From: Nemertoderma westbladi
Taxonomy: Eukaryota; Animalia; Xenacoelomorpha
Assembly: GCA_032718475.1 (NCBI GenBank)
Contig: JAUCBJ010002922.1
Coordinates: 1-35,382 of the forward strand
Reading direction: 5' to 3'
DNA length: 35,382 nucleotides
The notes below the pieces were generated by a model. The model was not told the DNA's origin and ran no database searches. It was given only the letters and a program-made list of their open reading frames with translations. Below, piece after piece: positions 35,308 through 35,382 of this stretch (position 1 is the first letter of the stretch; each line of letters starts with the position of its first letter). The position numbers and the translations under genes were made by a program.

Positions 35308-35382
35308 AAAGCTGATGACTAACGCTGGATAAATTATATATTTTTTTAAATTGTCATTAAATCACAAATATTGGAAAGTAAG
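35308..35382. repeat. Inverted copy of the end of the duplicated unit (probable transposon terminal region)
   Basis: aaagctgatgactaacgctggataaattat... is the reverse complement of about 33910-33980 and 34900-34972; runs off the window. Confidence 0.75.

Overview
AT-rich animal (probably invertebrate) genomic DNA. Four + strand exons (250-369, 2081-2262, 3718-3865, 19632-19873) splice in phase into a 26S proteasome ATPase of the PSMC6/Rpt4 type. Its first exon and 3' exons are not visible in the window. The 15.8-kb intron 3866-19631 holds a decayed RTE-like LINE, an intronless membrane-anchored mucin-stalk fibrinogen-related gene whose FBG domain is split by a -1 frame change, a Penelope-like element with inverted pseudo-LTRs interrupted by a Helentron-type element, an intronless Na/K-ATPase beta-subunit gene, MITEs and an L2-like LINE. 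After the fourth exon, the exon end plus 5' splice site is amplified about 60-fold as a 2.6-kb minisatellite. Further on are a 3-exon GALT gene (-), a palindrome with a hammerhead-like core in GALT intron 1, a 3.6-kb 36-bp hairpin minisatellite next to a SINE-like head, an intronless class A GPCR (-) and a ~0.8-1 kb tandem duplication. All calls come from manual reading and translation; no database searches were run.
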